DNA of 63,026 nt, counting the filler, from Reticulomyxa filosa (taxonomy: Eukaryota > Protista > Foraminifera): assembly GCA_000512085.1 (NCBI GenBank). It is 14 parts of 14 records of this genome, joined end to end, with 100 filler letters (N's around TTAATTAATTAA, not from the genome) between each part and the next. Parts side by side here need not be neighbours in the genome. Positions count along the whole stretch, not along the records: positions 1 to 8,525 come from ASPP01027181.1; positions 8,626 to 11,348 come from ASPP01029247.1; positions 11,449 to 18,970 come from ASPP01019986.1; 11 more parts are not named here. One strand, written 5' to 3'. The notes under the pieces are model-generated. The model saw only the letters and a program-made list of their open reading frames with translations, was not told the origin of the DNA and ran no database searches. The position numbers were made by a program, and so were the translations under genes. Below are positions 1 through 12,791 of this stretch, piece by piece (positions within the stretch are counted from its first letter, which is position 1; the number at the start of each line of letters is the position of its first letter).

Positions 1-3000
1 TTTTTGTGGTGGGATGCGGTGCGAATAAATACAACACACGCACACACGAAGCATCCATGGCACTGAGACAATTTGAAATATGTCTATTTTGTTCATTCAT
101 TTATTTATTTTAATATAGTTTATTCCGGCTCCTCGCGAGGGAGACATAGTTGAAGTAAAATGGCGCAATCAACAAAATCCAGATCAAGTGCGAGTGCTGA
201 AAGTCATACCTATCCCTTGGGACACTCATGAAAATGGAGATAAAAACACAAAAAAGGAGACGGACGCAAAACCTAATCAAGCAAAAGACAAACCGAGCGC
301 TGGCAGTGACAAGAAACAGAGCATCAATCATTTCAAGGAATGTGTGTTTGTTGTGGTGAGAGAGAGATAGAGAGAAAGAAAATGAAAAAGGAGAACAAAA
401 GTAAAATGTTAATGACAATAATATGACTTTATCGTTTTTATTATTATTATTATTATTACTCTTGTTTTGATAGTGTTTCCTTTTCTGTTCTCTTTCTCTT
501 GCTTTCTTATTATTGCACACAACATTTGTACATGACCCACGAAAATTGGCCTGACAGAAATGGAAATCAATTGAAGTGGAAATTGAATATATGACTGGCA
601 ATGAAAATCCAGATGCGCCAGATGTTGATACCCTTGATTTTCATCCCGCCATTCAAAATCAATATATTTTGTCTTGGAGAGTAATAGAAACTATGCCACC
701 CCATTTGGTCAATCCGGATAGTTATAACTTGATCATGGCTGATCATTGTTTGATTTGTTATACTCCTTTCAAAGAGTTTGGCTATCAAACTATTTCTTGT
801 TGTGGCCACGACAATATTTGTGCCAAGTGTGCCTTGCGTGAGCGTTGGTTTGCCGAAAACAAAAATAGCCCGATCGTGTGTCCTCTCTGCAAGGTATGCA
901 GTATAAAGAGAGATCTAGACATAAACAAACTTGTTTATATATATATACATATATATTATTTTGAAATTATTCCACTAAATACAGGAACCTTGGGAAACCA
1001 TTGCCTTTGTTAGAGCAGGGTCAGCAGTAACGTGGGATACAATATTCGATCATCCTGTAGAATTTGATTCGGAGATCGATGTATTTTTTGAAGATTTGCA
1101 GACCTTATGGCACTTTTCACATATTCGCAGTTTCCATTGTCCAGTCTGTGATAACCGTGCCAAACACTCAGATTACTCAAAGCGCTATGGCACTGCAAAG
1201 AAGTTGCTCCAACACATGCGTGAATCACATGAAAGCCAAGTATTGTGTGGTGTGTGTCTGCAACATGCTCATCTCTTTATTGGCGAACAACGAATATTCA
1301 ATATCCGAGAATTGAAGGATCACATGAAATATGGATCCCCTGCGCGTGATGGCTTTCCAAAAACAGAGCCACACAGTTGGTGCAGTATGTGTTCTAAACA
1401 ATACTACAACAAAGAATACTTGCATCTTCATTGTCAGAAAGACCATTTCTCCTGTCATTGGTGCCAAAATAGTGGACATGTCGAATTCTTTAAAACACGA
1501 GAAATTTTGGTTTGTAACTTGTCTTCAATGTTTTATTACATGCACGTACATATGCACATATACACATATATATATGTATATGTGTGTACGTTGATATGGA
1601 CATGCAATGGGTTTATGGACAATATACAGGAGGAGCATTTCCGATCTGATCATCAACTCTGTGAACATCCTCAATGCTTAAATGCACGAGACTTTGTCGT
1701 GTTTAACGATCCTTTGAGTCTACAGCAACATCAAGAAAGTTTTCATGGCATAAAATATGCAACAACTCAAGCTAAAAAGCAAGCAATGCAAATCAAGACA
1801 AGCTTTCGTTATGGTGATGAAGAGAGGCAAAGAGATCGAGCAGACGTATTGATTATTCCTCTGGAAAACGATATGCGTAATCGTACAGAAGAAGAGGCAC
1901 ATCGCTTGCAATCCAAGTGGAAAAAGGAATTTGATGAAATTCATCGTCGATACTTTAGCAATCACGGCAACTTTGATCATCGCCTGCAAGAACATCAAGC
2001 CCACAAAAGGATGGGCTTACGACACATTCCTGATGCTTGTTCAAAATCACAATTTCAACAGTTGAGCTCTATCTATCTGTCATCACAGTACCTATGTATA
2101 TTATATATAATAATAATATGTGTGCATTTGAATCGTCCTTCTTCGAAATTGTAATAAATAAATTGCTTGTTGTTTGTTTTGAACAAAACCAAAGACGTAA
2201 TATAGATGTAATGATGCGGATTCAAAAGATTTTGGTCACTGATAAAAAACTTCAAATATTCCAACAGATATCAGAGCAATTTGACAAAAAGCGCATGAGA
2301 GCAAGTGATTTCTTCTTGCAATTTAAGTCGTTGTTCAGTCCACTATGTGAAGAAGATGTGTGGGTGGATGTAATGATGCAAATGCTGTCGCTATTGACAG
2401 ACCATGTATTGCGTCGACAGCTATATTCGGAATACAAAACGTGGAAATTGACAGGCCGTACCACTGCCCAATTGCATTCGACACCACAACAAGCAGAGGC
2501 ATGGAAAGCCCCTTCAAATGCACAGCCGACAGCTGCGTCAATTGTTGCCGGAAAAGCTCGTCGCGTGAGAGGCCACGGCACTGCGGCTTATAACTATCCA
2601 TCAGCGAGACAATCAGCTAATGTGCCATCCCTTCCTTTGTCCACAATGACTACACAATTAGATTCCACACAAGAGCCAGTCATTGCAGCACCACAACAAC
2701 TGCAAGGCGCCTGGGCTCGTGGAACACCAGTTATGCAAGTAAAAAAGGCTGTAAAACCAAATTCACGTCCAAAAGTTCAAAAGGTTCAAGCCAGTGCCAA
2801 GCCAAAAGAGGCTATTCCAATGGATCCTAAAAATCCGCTTTTCGACAAATATTGGCCTGCGTTGGACAAACCACCACCATTGCCAGTATTAGCAACATTT
2901 TGTCACTCGCATATATCTTATTTTGTTCTTTTTTATGTCGACGAAACGTTTGACAACAAGAGTAAATTTTCTTTTTTTTTTTTTTTAGACAGTAGAAAAA

Positions 3001-4313
3001 ATTGAATTTTCGAGTGACTCTGAAGAAGAAGACAAAAAAAAAAAGAAAAACCGAAAAGAAGCAAATAAGAAAAAAAAAGCAGAAAAAAGAGATGACAACG
3101 AAAAAAAGCAAAGCGAAAATGTCCCAAAAAATCAAAAAGAGAAAAACGAAAAAAAAAATAAGCCACAACCACCCAAGACGTCAGAAGCAACAAAAACAAG
3201 CTCACCTTTAAAGGTAATTGAATATATTTGATTGACGTTTTAGTTGTGTTTAGGTATCTTTTTTATTGATCAACCAAAAGAAAAAAAAACGTGAACAACT
3301 AACAAAGGGGTTAATGCCGCACGAAAAAGCAAGAGGCAAATTTTCCAAAGAAAATCCATGGGGCGCAGGTGCAAAGCCACAAGGACCAGCTCCAATTCAC
3401 GTTGATGACCTACCAACGACTGAGAGTGGGAACAATCAACCGGCAGTGAAAGAAAAACAAGAAGAAAAAAAAAAAGAAAAAGCGCAAGAAAACAGACCTC
3501 GAAATTTGAAACAGCAAAGCGCGCCTTTGCAAGAATTGATGAATGCTTCAAAGAGTATTGATAGCAAAAATGCAGAATTGTTACGCAAATTGGAATCATA
3601 TGAAGAAGAAATCGAAGAAATGGACCGTTCCAAAGTATTTGCATTTTTGTTATATCTGTTCCAATGCTGTGTCAAATCATTGCAAGATAAGTGCGGAACA
3701 GGCGAGATTATGAAACAACTCTTTACCGAGTATATGCTCTCACCTTCATTTCGTAATCACATCCACCATGTCATTCAGACACATTTCGTGTCAAGTCCAC
3801 AGTTCCACAAAGATATGCCCATTTACGCTTGTTTTGGTACTCAAGTATTTGCTGTTGAAATTTTAAAATCCTTGCCAAAATGGAGTGAAGCCACTGCTGT
3901 CGCAATCAACGGACTTTTGTCATTAATTACTGACGTGCGACTAGAACAGATCGAAGAGTTCCGAGAATGGATTGATCAAACTATTCAAATGCTATCAAAA
4001 GAGGAGTTGTATGGTTTATCTCTTTACTTATGGTTTGTTTTGGAGACACAAATTCCAATTAAAGGATCGACAAACCGCAATGAAAGCAAAAGTAATGAAA
4101 TTTACACTCAACCTCCAACCCAGCACAAAAATGAAAACAAAAAAGTACCTGAGCAAGCAGCACCGAGCAAAAAGCCCCCTAAAGCACAAAGCGGGAGTTT
4201 TGTGTCCACATACATTTTAAATTTTAAAAATATTTTGCTCTATTTATATTCTATTCATTACAGAAAAGAATAAAAAGAAACGGAATGTCGTTTTGTTCCA
4301 TGTTGGGCTATGA
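1..4313 (+). CDS. ZNF598: ZNF598/Hel2-like RING E3 ubiquitin ligase (ribosome quality control); multi-exon, 5'-partial
   Basis: RING (CLIC...CCGHDNICAKC...CPLCK) is followed by the C2H2 array typical of Hel2/ZNF598 (HSWCSMC..HLHCQKDHFSCHWC; EEHFRSDHQLCEHPQC..FVVF). The last exon, 4264-4313, reads KNKKKRNVVLFHVGL*, resembling the Hel2 C-terminal basic-hydrophobic motif. GT-AG introns join the ORFs. Confidence 0.88.
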
Positions 4314-6475
4314 TCAAAGAAATGTCTAAATGTTTATCATGGGGTGCACATGAATTTTATTGTCTTTAAAAAAGATTTTTAAAAATCGAAGATAAGTTGA
4401 ATTCACTAAAAAATAAATAAACAACTTTGAGGCAAAGTTTGTTGATCAAAAACTATATTCTTTCGACACTTTGGCAGTATCTCATTATTTCCTGTTTCTT
4501 TGGTAGTAAACACAACATTACGCCTAAAATTAATAGAATCATAGCAGAATAATTCTGCTAACTATCCTTTTCACTGTGAATAAAGAATATTTTACCTGTC
4601 TTTCAAAAATATTTTTGAAAATGACAACAAACTTTTTGTGTTTATCGTTCTGCCAAATTGAACACAAGTTAAAAATTTAAGTTTTGAAAACATCAATTCT
4701 ACAAAAACTTGAAACAAAGATCCACACGTTGCACTTGCATTGTAGCCATCTGTATTCATCAAAAAAAAAACAAAACTTTTCACCAGTCCGAAATTTCGCA
4801 CTAAAAAACAAAATTGTAAGAATTTCAGACAACGAAATTACTTCGTTTTTTCTCGTCAAAAGGTATCAGTGGCAAGAAGACTAAAAAAATGTTATCATCA
4901 GTAAACAACAAAAGCAAACATGAAAACAAACCTGAAGCTTGAAAAACTTACAAGCAATAAAAACCTGTTAAAACTATCATTCATTATTTGAATCTGAAAA
5001 AAGGAAAACTAAGTTACTGAACTTCGGTACTGTACTCTTTTTTAAGTTCAGCTCGTACTTGGAGTCGAAATTGAGCGTAGCTGTGAATTTTGAAAAAAGT
5101 TAAATTACTTATCGTGCAAGTTTTTGAATTTTATATCATCGTTTCAATTTGTGCAAAGTATATTAATAAAAAAAATATTTCGAATTTCAATTGTAAATCA
5201 ATTATCTTTCAAAAATGTGACAAAAAGAAAAATCTTAGTTCATTTGTTTTATTTTTGAATATATATAATGTTTGTCTTTTGAGAACAAAACACAAGTTTG
5301 AGGTGTGTCAAGTTAGAAGATAAAAAAAATTGCAAATTACGTTCATTTATAATAATATGTTTTTCACACATACGTACACAAGCATAACATATCCTAAAAT
5401 TAAAACATAATTATTACAACTGTTTTTTTGTTTTAAAAGAGAAAGTGTGAAACATATGTTTTTGAAGCTGCGAAAGTATAAGTTTGAAATGGGAAAATAT
5501 TGAAAACAAATTTCATTAATTAGCTAAAAGGGGGAGCAACAAAAGTGAACGTGGTAAACAAGAAGTAGTAACACTTTTTTTACTAGTTTGTTGTCTCTTC
5601 ATTTCTTCATTCATTTGGAGGTATAAATAACAAAATGTTTGCCGTTGTTTCAGTTGAATCTGACAATCAAATGATTTGGTCAATGTTTTTTTTTTTGTTC
5701 GGATTTGAAAAATAAGACATATTTGTATTATATAAAAACATCGTTGCATGAATAAGTGGACATAATGAAAAGAAAGATCAAGAGATTACTAATTATTAAT
5801 GATTGGTAAGCTCGCAGGTTCTTTGATCAAGGTTGTTCAAGTGATTGAATCGGCAAAATTGTTCCCAAGAAACATGGCAAACGTTTTTTAAGTATGCCAA
5901 CAAATGTAAGTTCATGTCTGTGTTGATGTTCAAACAAAAGAAAAAAAATCGCTTTTTGTGAATCCGAAAAAATATTTTTATGATTAAAAATGTTACATAT
6001 AATGGTAGCTTACGCTACGAACTTATGCTCCAATGAGGATCGCATAAAAAAAAAAGTGGAGTTGTTCAGGCAGTGAAATAAAGAAAAAGATGTTGCTGAT
6101 AGTAGAAATTCCAAGTACAAGTGCATTCTTTGTGATATTATCTTATGTTGATTTTTTAATTTGAATGACAATTTTTTTTTCAATGTTTAATAGCTGGGGT
6201 CAAGTCGAATCAACAAGTTATTTCGGAGTTTTGGCAATTGATGTGAAAACCTGGAAAAAAGTTGGTGCAAGTTGATAATGAAATGCTAGTTGTTTTTCTC
6301 CGAACAGAAAATCTGATTTTTGTTTAATAATATTTACTGGTATCTTGCATTGCTTAGTCCAAGATAATGTTGCGATGCATGATTGCAAAATTAAATAAAA
6401 CAGATTTACCAGTAACTCCAATATTTATGATAATGTCGCTACGAATGATAATAATTTTAAATAAATTTAAATCGA

Positions 6476-6799
6476 AGTGACTTAACTTATGGGTAAATCT
6501 ACACCGAAAGAGTTGCATGTTGGGTCAGACATGCAAAGGCATGCACTGTTATAGACTCCAGTGGGGTACTTGATTGGTTCATGATGCAGACATGCATATT
6601 GTGTTGTATCAGGTGGCTACGACCAGGGTGTTGTAGTTTCTACGCATTGTTACAATATAACATACACTTGATATGGCCACAAATCTCTTGGCACATGGTT
6701 TGCTCTAATATAGACTTTAGCTGGGGCCATGTGTTGTAAAGTTTGCAACATGCAAAGTCTTTCAACGCTGTGAAATGGGTTCGAGTCCCGCCGTCTCCT
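6476..6799 (+). ncRNA. Degenerate tRNA-like element with a ~250-nt structured insert (tmRNA-like or long-intron tRNA architecture)
   Basis: T-arm/B-box GGGTTCGAGTCCC at 6777-6789 and acceptor strand CGTCTCC at 6792-6798. A-box/D-arm-like TAACTTATGGGTAAATC at 6483-6499. Long-range helix 6501-6522 with 6746-6771, several G:U-rich hairpins, and T-runs downstream. Confidence 0.45.
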
Positions 6800-7177
6800 A
6801 TTTATCATTTTATTTTTTATCTAAATATATTTAAATTTAATTTGCTTGTGTGTTTTTGATATATTGTAGTATTGATATTTTCAATATCGTAGAGTTGTGG
6901 TCAATTGATAACTTATTGCAAGTGAATGGAAAGATTGGCAAGACAAGATTCAAAAATGTCTATTTGAGTTTGATAAAAATATTGAAATGCAGGTACAATA
7001 TGGCACGATCACTCAAGCCGCTATGTTTTTTTGTAAAAGCGTAACGATTTATATAAGTATAGAGCCAAAGTTCTTGCAAATCATTTTGAGATCAACTAAA
7101 AAAAAAACAAACAATAGAACGGGAACGGCATTAAAAATTTGTCGCCTGATACTTTAAAGGACAAAATGCACGTTAAA

Positions 7178-8448
7178 TTACCAAAAAGCAAGCAACAACA
7201 AAGAAAAGTCAAATATAACGAACAAAAGATGATTTATTTTGCCCTTACCGGAAGAGTGTGATGTAACGGTCCATATACTTTTACTGTTTTCATTATATGT
7301 AGCTACGCTGTTTGGTGGAATTGTGATATTTTCAATGAATCCATTAAACAAGATAACGGGTGTGTTGTCAGTATCATCAATGATAAAAAAATAAAAAGGA
7401 AAGTCCGCCTTAAATAATATGGGCGTATTTGTTGTGTACGAACTACCAGCCATAACAACCACAGTGACAGCAGCCGCTGTAAAGCCATTTTCTGTCACAT
7501 CCAACGCGGTGTCATGATAGATTTCACTTATGAAGATCGGCGCGGAGGTCATTTCGCTAAAGTTCGCTTTGCTAGAATCAAATGCATCATGCATTCCTAA
7601 ATTTTTCAATGAATCGGTTAGCTTGTACTTATCTTTGTTTATTTTTTATTTTGGTTCATTTAAACGACCATTAGTATGTACCTTTTTTTTCTTTTTTTTT
7701 TTCTGAAACCATAGGCAGAATAATAAAAGATAACTGCTAATGGAAAATTTGGGCACAGCCGAAAGCGACTCGAGTGTACTCCAACTATGTTAATGCATTT
7801 TTGACCACGTCATTGTCAATTTCGGTTTGACATGTGGAACACTTGAGCAGGGCGAGAAACACGAACAAGTTATTTGTGTTTGTACTGCGCAGCTTGACAA
7901 ATTGGAAATAACGGTTTTCATAGTAGTCAAAGTGGCCAATCTGATGCATCAAATGGATTTCAGTTTTCACATTTGTGCGCGATTCATCCGATAAAATGGG
8001 TTTTTGCTTGTCATACTTTCCGAAAATTGTTGAGACCAAAGACCATTTATGTATAATGTATTCACAAGTATCATCACATCTGATTCGCTTATTTGTGGTA
8101 GAGCTTTATGGAACCATTCCCTTTTTTTTTTTTTTAAAGTAAGTTTTTTTTATATACCTTTTCCCCTTCGTTTTTTTTTTTTTTGTATGTATAGCCTGTA
8201 GTTTACCATCAGTTTGATTTTCAATCCAATTGTTAATCAATTGCAAACTGCCATTGGCCTGCAAGTCCAGCATATAAAAATTATCTTGGCCCACTGCAGA
8301 TACGTATGACGATTTTACTTGCGCTTCAAATTCGTTGTCTAACCATATACGGTTGGCCACTTTGACTAGTGGCTTTGTTGAATTGCTCTTACTACTCACA
8401 ACCGAACCGTCGTACCGAGACATCAAGGCTTTTCCGTTGTTGTGAATC
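7178..8448 (-). CDS. Serpin (serine protease inhibitor family) with hydrophobic C-terminal extension; 5'-partial, multi-exon
   Basis: VANRIW...INNWIENQTDGKL; LGMHDAFDSSKANFSEM; hinge ENGFTAAAVT; C-terminal signature FKADFPFYFFI...ILFNG. Confidence 0.92.
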
Positions 8449-8525
8449 CTGCATTTATACAAATGAACCAAAAGAGAAAAAGGACAAAGCAAAAAACATT
8501 AGAATGATACATTTTCAATTTTCAC

Positions 8526-8625
8526 NNNNNNNNNNNNNNNNNNNNNNNNNNNNNNNNNNNNNNNNNNNNTTAATTAATTAANNNNNNNNNNNNNNNNNNN
8601 NNNNNNNNNNNNNNNNNNNNNNNNN
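8526..8625. other. Artificial contig linker
   Basis: N44-TTAATTAATTAA-N44 (stops in all six frames). Confidence 0.99.
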
Positions 8626-9240
8626 AATTGATTTTTTTTTTGTTAATAATGTTACATTTATTTAAATATATACGTATTTAAACAATAAATATGTACATAT
8701 TTTTTTTTTTGTATAGACAATGGACCAGATGCAAAAAAAAAAGGGAGTAGAAGACAACACAGTCTCCGAAAGGAGTGAACAAGGTTTGTCTATTTTTCTT
8801 TTTTTAAAAAAATGTTCAAATGTTGTGTATTTGTGTAATAATAGTTACCGGTCAATGTTGTTATGTTTATTATTCCCCCTCCACACACACAAAATGGGGT
8901 TGAAGGCCATCCCGTTTACGAGATTAGGGCTAGAGGTATGATATATATATATTCCTTTTATTATATAATGTAAATGTGTGTATGTGTGATAATAGGAATT
9001 CCCCCGCACAAAGAAAAAATTATTTATTTTTTTGGTCCCCTCCCAATATATAAACAAATAAAAAAATTGTTTGAGTATTTCTATATAGGAAAAAAAAAAA
9101 TTGATGATATCGAACTAAAATAGGTATATATATTGTTTGTTGTTTTTTTAAAAAATAAAAAAATTTGCTTGTGTGTACATAGATGCACCTGAACCCAGAC
9201 AAGATCCAGATTCAAAGACCCAGTTTTAAAAATTGTGAAA

Positions 9241-9500
9241 TGGGATGATGGGAAAAAAGATAAAATAATAAATAAAAAGGGGGGAAAAAAGGAGGAAAAA
9301 GAAAAATAATAATTGATAAAAGGGGGGGAGAATAATGAAAGAAGGTAGGAAAAAAAGGAGAATAAAGAATAAAAGGGGAAAAAAAGGAAGAATAAGGAAA
9401 GAGGGGAGAAAAAAAAGGAAGAATAAAGGATAGAGGGGAAAAAAAGGATAAAAGAAAGTAGAAAAAAAATGAAAGAAAAAAAGTAGAAAAGAAAAAAAAT
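9241..9500 (+). repeat. Polypurine (G/A-rich) low-complexity tract with degenerate ~25-30-nt units
   Basis: Almost no C over ~260 nt; recurring aggggaaaaaaaggaagaataa-like units. Confidence 0.75.
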
Positions 9501-11348
9501 TAAAGTATAATTATAAGTTGGAGTAATGACTCCAAAAAATAATTATATACTGGCGAATGCCAGGATTAATAGTTAAGTAAAAAAAATATTATTTTTTTTT
9601 GTATATGACTTCTTAAAATAAAAAATATAGACAGCAAACAAGTTCAAATAAAAAACATCTAGTATTACACGTATTCTCACTTTCAATACTACTTGTGTCT
9701 CTTTTTTTTTTGCAACAATGTTTTTTTTAATTATAGGTGGCAAGGAAAAACGAAAGTATGTGATCCAGCGTGTGAAAAATAAAAAAAAGATGGATGCAGT
9801 ACAAGAGACGAGATTGTCGTCAATGGGCATTTGTGAAGGTAACATTATGGCTGTCCCGGAACAACAAGTATTGATTACATGGTTTTACATTTCATTTTAA
9901 TTCAAAAAAATTTAAAAAAACAAAACAAAAAAAAAGATTGTTATCAAAATAAATTTATTTGAGATACAGACTTGGAGCCGAAGTACTTGTGTTTAGCGCA
10001 TTGTCCAATTGATGAATATCCTGAAGAAACCTTGTGCCCTCATGGAAGAATGAACACGACTATGCAGTACAATAAAGTGGAGTCTTGATATTATGAAAAT
10101 CGACGTCATGTGTAAAGAAAACGACACACCAAAAGCATTATGGATGTTTGTCTTACTCGAAGAATCATTTCGAATGCGGATGCCCACTAATATTGTCAAT
10201 GATGCAAAGAGCGCATTTATCCAGCTGTAAAAAAGGTCCCATTTGAGGAAGAGACCGAAATAGTTTGTCACGCACCCGGGGGGATATTGTGCGTTGACGT
10301 TGCCCAAATGCCAAGAAGATATATGGACCATCAGTCTGATCTTTGCAAAAAGAAGACATATTATGGAATTGTATTGTAGTGCAAAGAAATTGATCTTTAT
10401 TTAGTCTCCAAGCACATATAATGGAAATATAAATTACCTGCATCATCACCGAGACCTTTACTCGCAATCGCATCGTCACCTTTTTTAGTCATTTCGAATC
10501 AAATTGTCATAGTACGTAGGGATATAACTACCACAATGATATGCGCAATATGTAATGGAATACGATGATATAATTTTCATCACTAGTTCTTTTTCTATCT
10601 ATCACACAAAAATCCAAACATTTGTCCAATCAATTCCACATGTTCGAAGTCCTGTTATGCTCAAGTCGCTATCCTGCACAACTGGTCTTAGCATTAATCG
10701 CCAACACCGACTCCAATTTTTTCTCCTGCTCAATTTCCTGCTGTGAAATTAACTGTGGCTTGTGTTATCCATTGTGCTCGAGCTGACACGTATAATTGAA
10801 TCTGTTTTAATGAAATGGGCTTGCATTAATATCCCATTTTGCTAGCTAGTACTGAAATATATATTATATGTTATGATCTTCAATATCTATCCTTGCGCTT
10901 TATCGTATTGACATACCCGACACTGTCAAGATATGTGTATTCATGCCATTGAGAGGAAGTAAAGAGATTTAGATTATTTCTCTTGCCCTATTGCAACCCA
11001 ACGTAATAGCTTCATTGCAACGTAGAATATCCTCGATATCAGTTGTAACAATCACTTCTTCACAGTTTGATTCAAACACACCACAACAATCGTGTCAATC
11101 CCTCAAACTTCCCGACAATAATCTCAACTTTGATGCCAACACGAATTCAAACGATATTCCCAGCAAGGCATCCTACAATGTACACACACACCTTTTTCAC
11201 TACAGTTGTGAGGACGATGCGTATTGCCATGACAAATCTAGTTTTTACGAAGCCGTTTCGAAGTGTGCTGTGTTTTTCGGATTGTACCAAACGAATATAT
11301 CCTTGATAATTGAATGTTACCTCCAAAAGTGTCGTACCAAATACGAGT

Positions 11349-11448
11349 NNNNNNNNNNNNNNNNNNNNNNNNNNNNNNNNNNNNNNNNNNNNTTAATTAA
11401 TTAANNNNNNNNNNNNNNNNNNNNNNNNNNNNNNNNNNNNNNNNNNNN
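11349..11448. other. Artificial contig linker
   Basis: N44-TTAATTAATTAA-N44. Confidence 0.99.
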
Positions 11449-12791
11449 ATACACATACATATACATATTTTATTATTTGCTAAAAATATTTTATTGCTAT
11501 GCAAAAAATGTAAGTGTTATTCAAAGTTGATGTTTGTTATATTTCAACTGATGAAATATCTGTCATCCCTGACAATGGTTTTAAAGTCACCATGGATTTG
11601 CAATTGGATTTCAAGTAGTTTTGTTTTTGTGCGAAGTCTCTTTTCGCCTGTGATGTGTTTCCGCAAGCATACAAACATATATATATACATATACATATAC
11701 AACTGTATATATGTACACACAACTAGTTTTCCGTGGTCTTTGAAGTTTGTGTTTGAGATTTGGTACTTAACTTTGTTTGATTTTGTGATACACTTTTCGA
11801 AATTTAACCAACAATTCTTCCAATAACTTTTGTCATCATCCCCTTCTTGTGCCAGGCTCTCCAAATCTCGTAAGAATTTGTAATAAATCTTTAATCTGTC
11901 AAACGGATGATATAAATACCTACATCAAGAAAAAAAGTTGAAACAAGACATTCCTTTTTTTTTGTTGTCCTTTTGAGACATTAAAGGAAACGCAAGAATA
12001 CATACCAAGGCAACATGCAAAGCATCGGCGCTTCAATACACTTTTTAACCTTTTCGTTTTCCAATCGCATCGAAGCAAAGGATCGAAATTCCATTGACTT
12101 CCATTCCGCAAATACTTTTAAAACACTGTCAAATCTGCCCAAGTAATCGTCATACATTTGCACAAAGTTGCCATACTTATGAAAGTCCGGCACTATGTTT
12201 AATGCGTCACGAATCACTGACAAGAAATTCATGTGAAATTGCAGCATATGTTCTAAAAATAAATATACATATTGGACCTTCATCCGCCCACCCCAAAAAA
12301 AAAGAACAAATATATGATTTCTTTTTTAAAAAACCGTATACGTTTTTTTTACCCCTCTTCCCCCTTTCGCATACATAAATCAAACTCTTTCATTGCCTAT
12401 CTTCCCCTTGTACTATGTGTAACAACTTAACATGCTGAGGTTTGAGACGAAGCTTTTCACTGTGCTCGTGAAGTGGCTTAAATACATTTTTCACAATCAC
12501 TTCCAACATATTCACGTACTCGTCCTCTGATTTCAACAACTTTTATTTATTTGTTTTATTTTTTTTATTCATTGTTGGTCATTGTTGCTGTTAATTTGAT
12601 TCTGTTTCTTCGCGTACATGTCAAAGTTCGCACTTCCTTATTGGAAGAGAGGAAACAAAAATCTTGTTAGAGATGAAAATATTGGTGACACACTGTTTCT
12701 TTTGGCTAGGCCTCAAACACTTAACGTCATGGTTGCATTTCTCACGGAGAAGTTTTACTTTTTCATTATCCTCCTCTCGTCGAAGCGCCAT
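11449..12791 (-). CDS. RhoGEF (Dbl-homology domain, probably followed by PH); 3'-partial, multi-exon
   Basis: Spliced start MALRREEDNEKVKLLREKCNHD|LLKSEDEYVNMLEVIVKNVFKPL matches DH conserved region 1. Also HMLQFHMNFL...MYDDYL, and a CR3-like YLYHPFDRLKIYYKFLRDL. Intron 1 is 12540-12725. Confidence 0.8.

Noticed and set aside
6723-6799. Stand-alone functional tRNA-Glu(TTC) or tRNA-Sec(TCA)
   Set aside because: The anticodon stem does not pair locally and the acceptor stem has two mismatches. The better partners lie at 6476-6522 (see the first finding).
9940-11348. Coding-like fragments in contig 2
   Set aside because: Interrupted by stops and frameshifts with no recognisable family. Probably decayed pseudogenes that I cannot assign.
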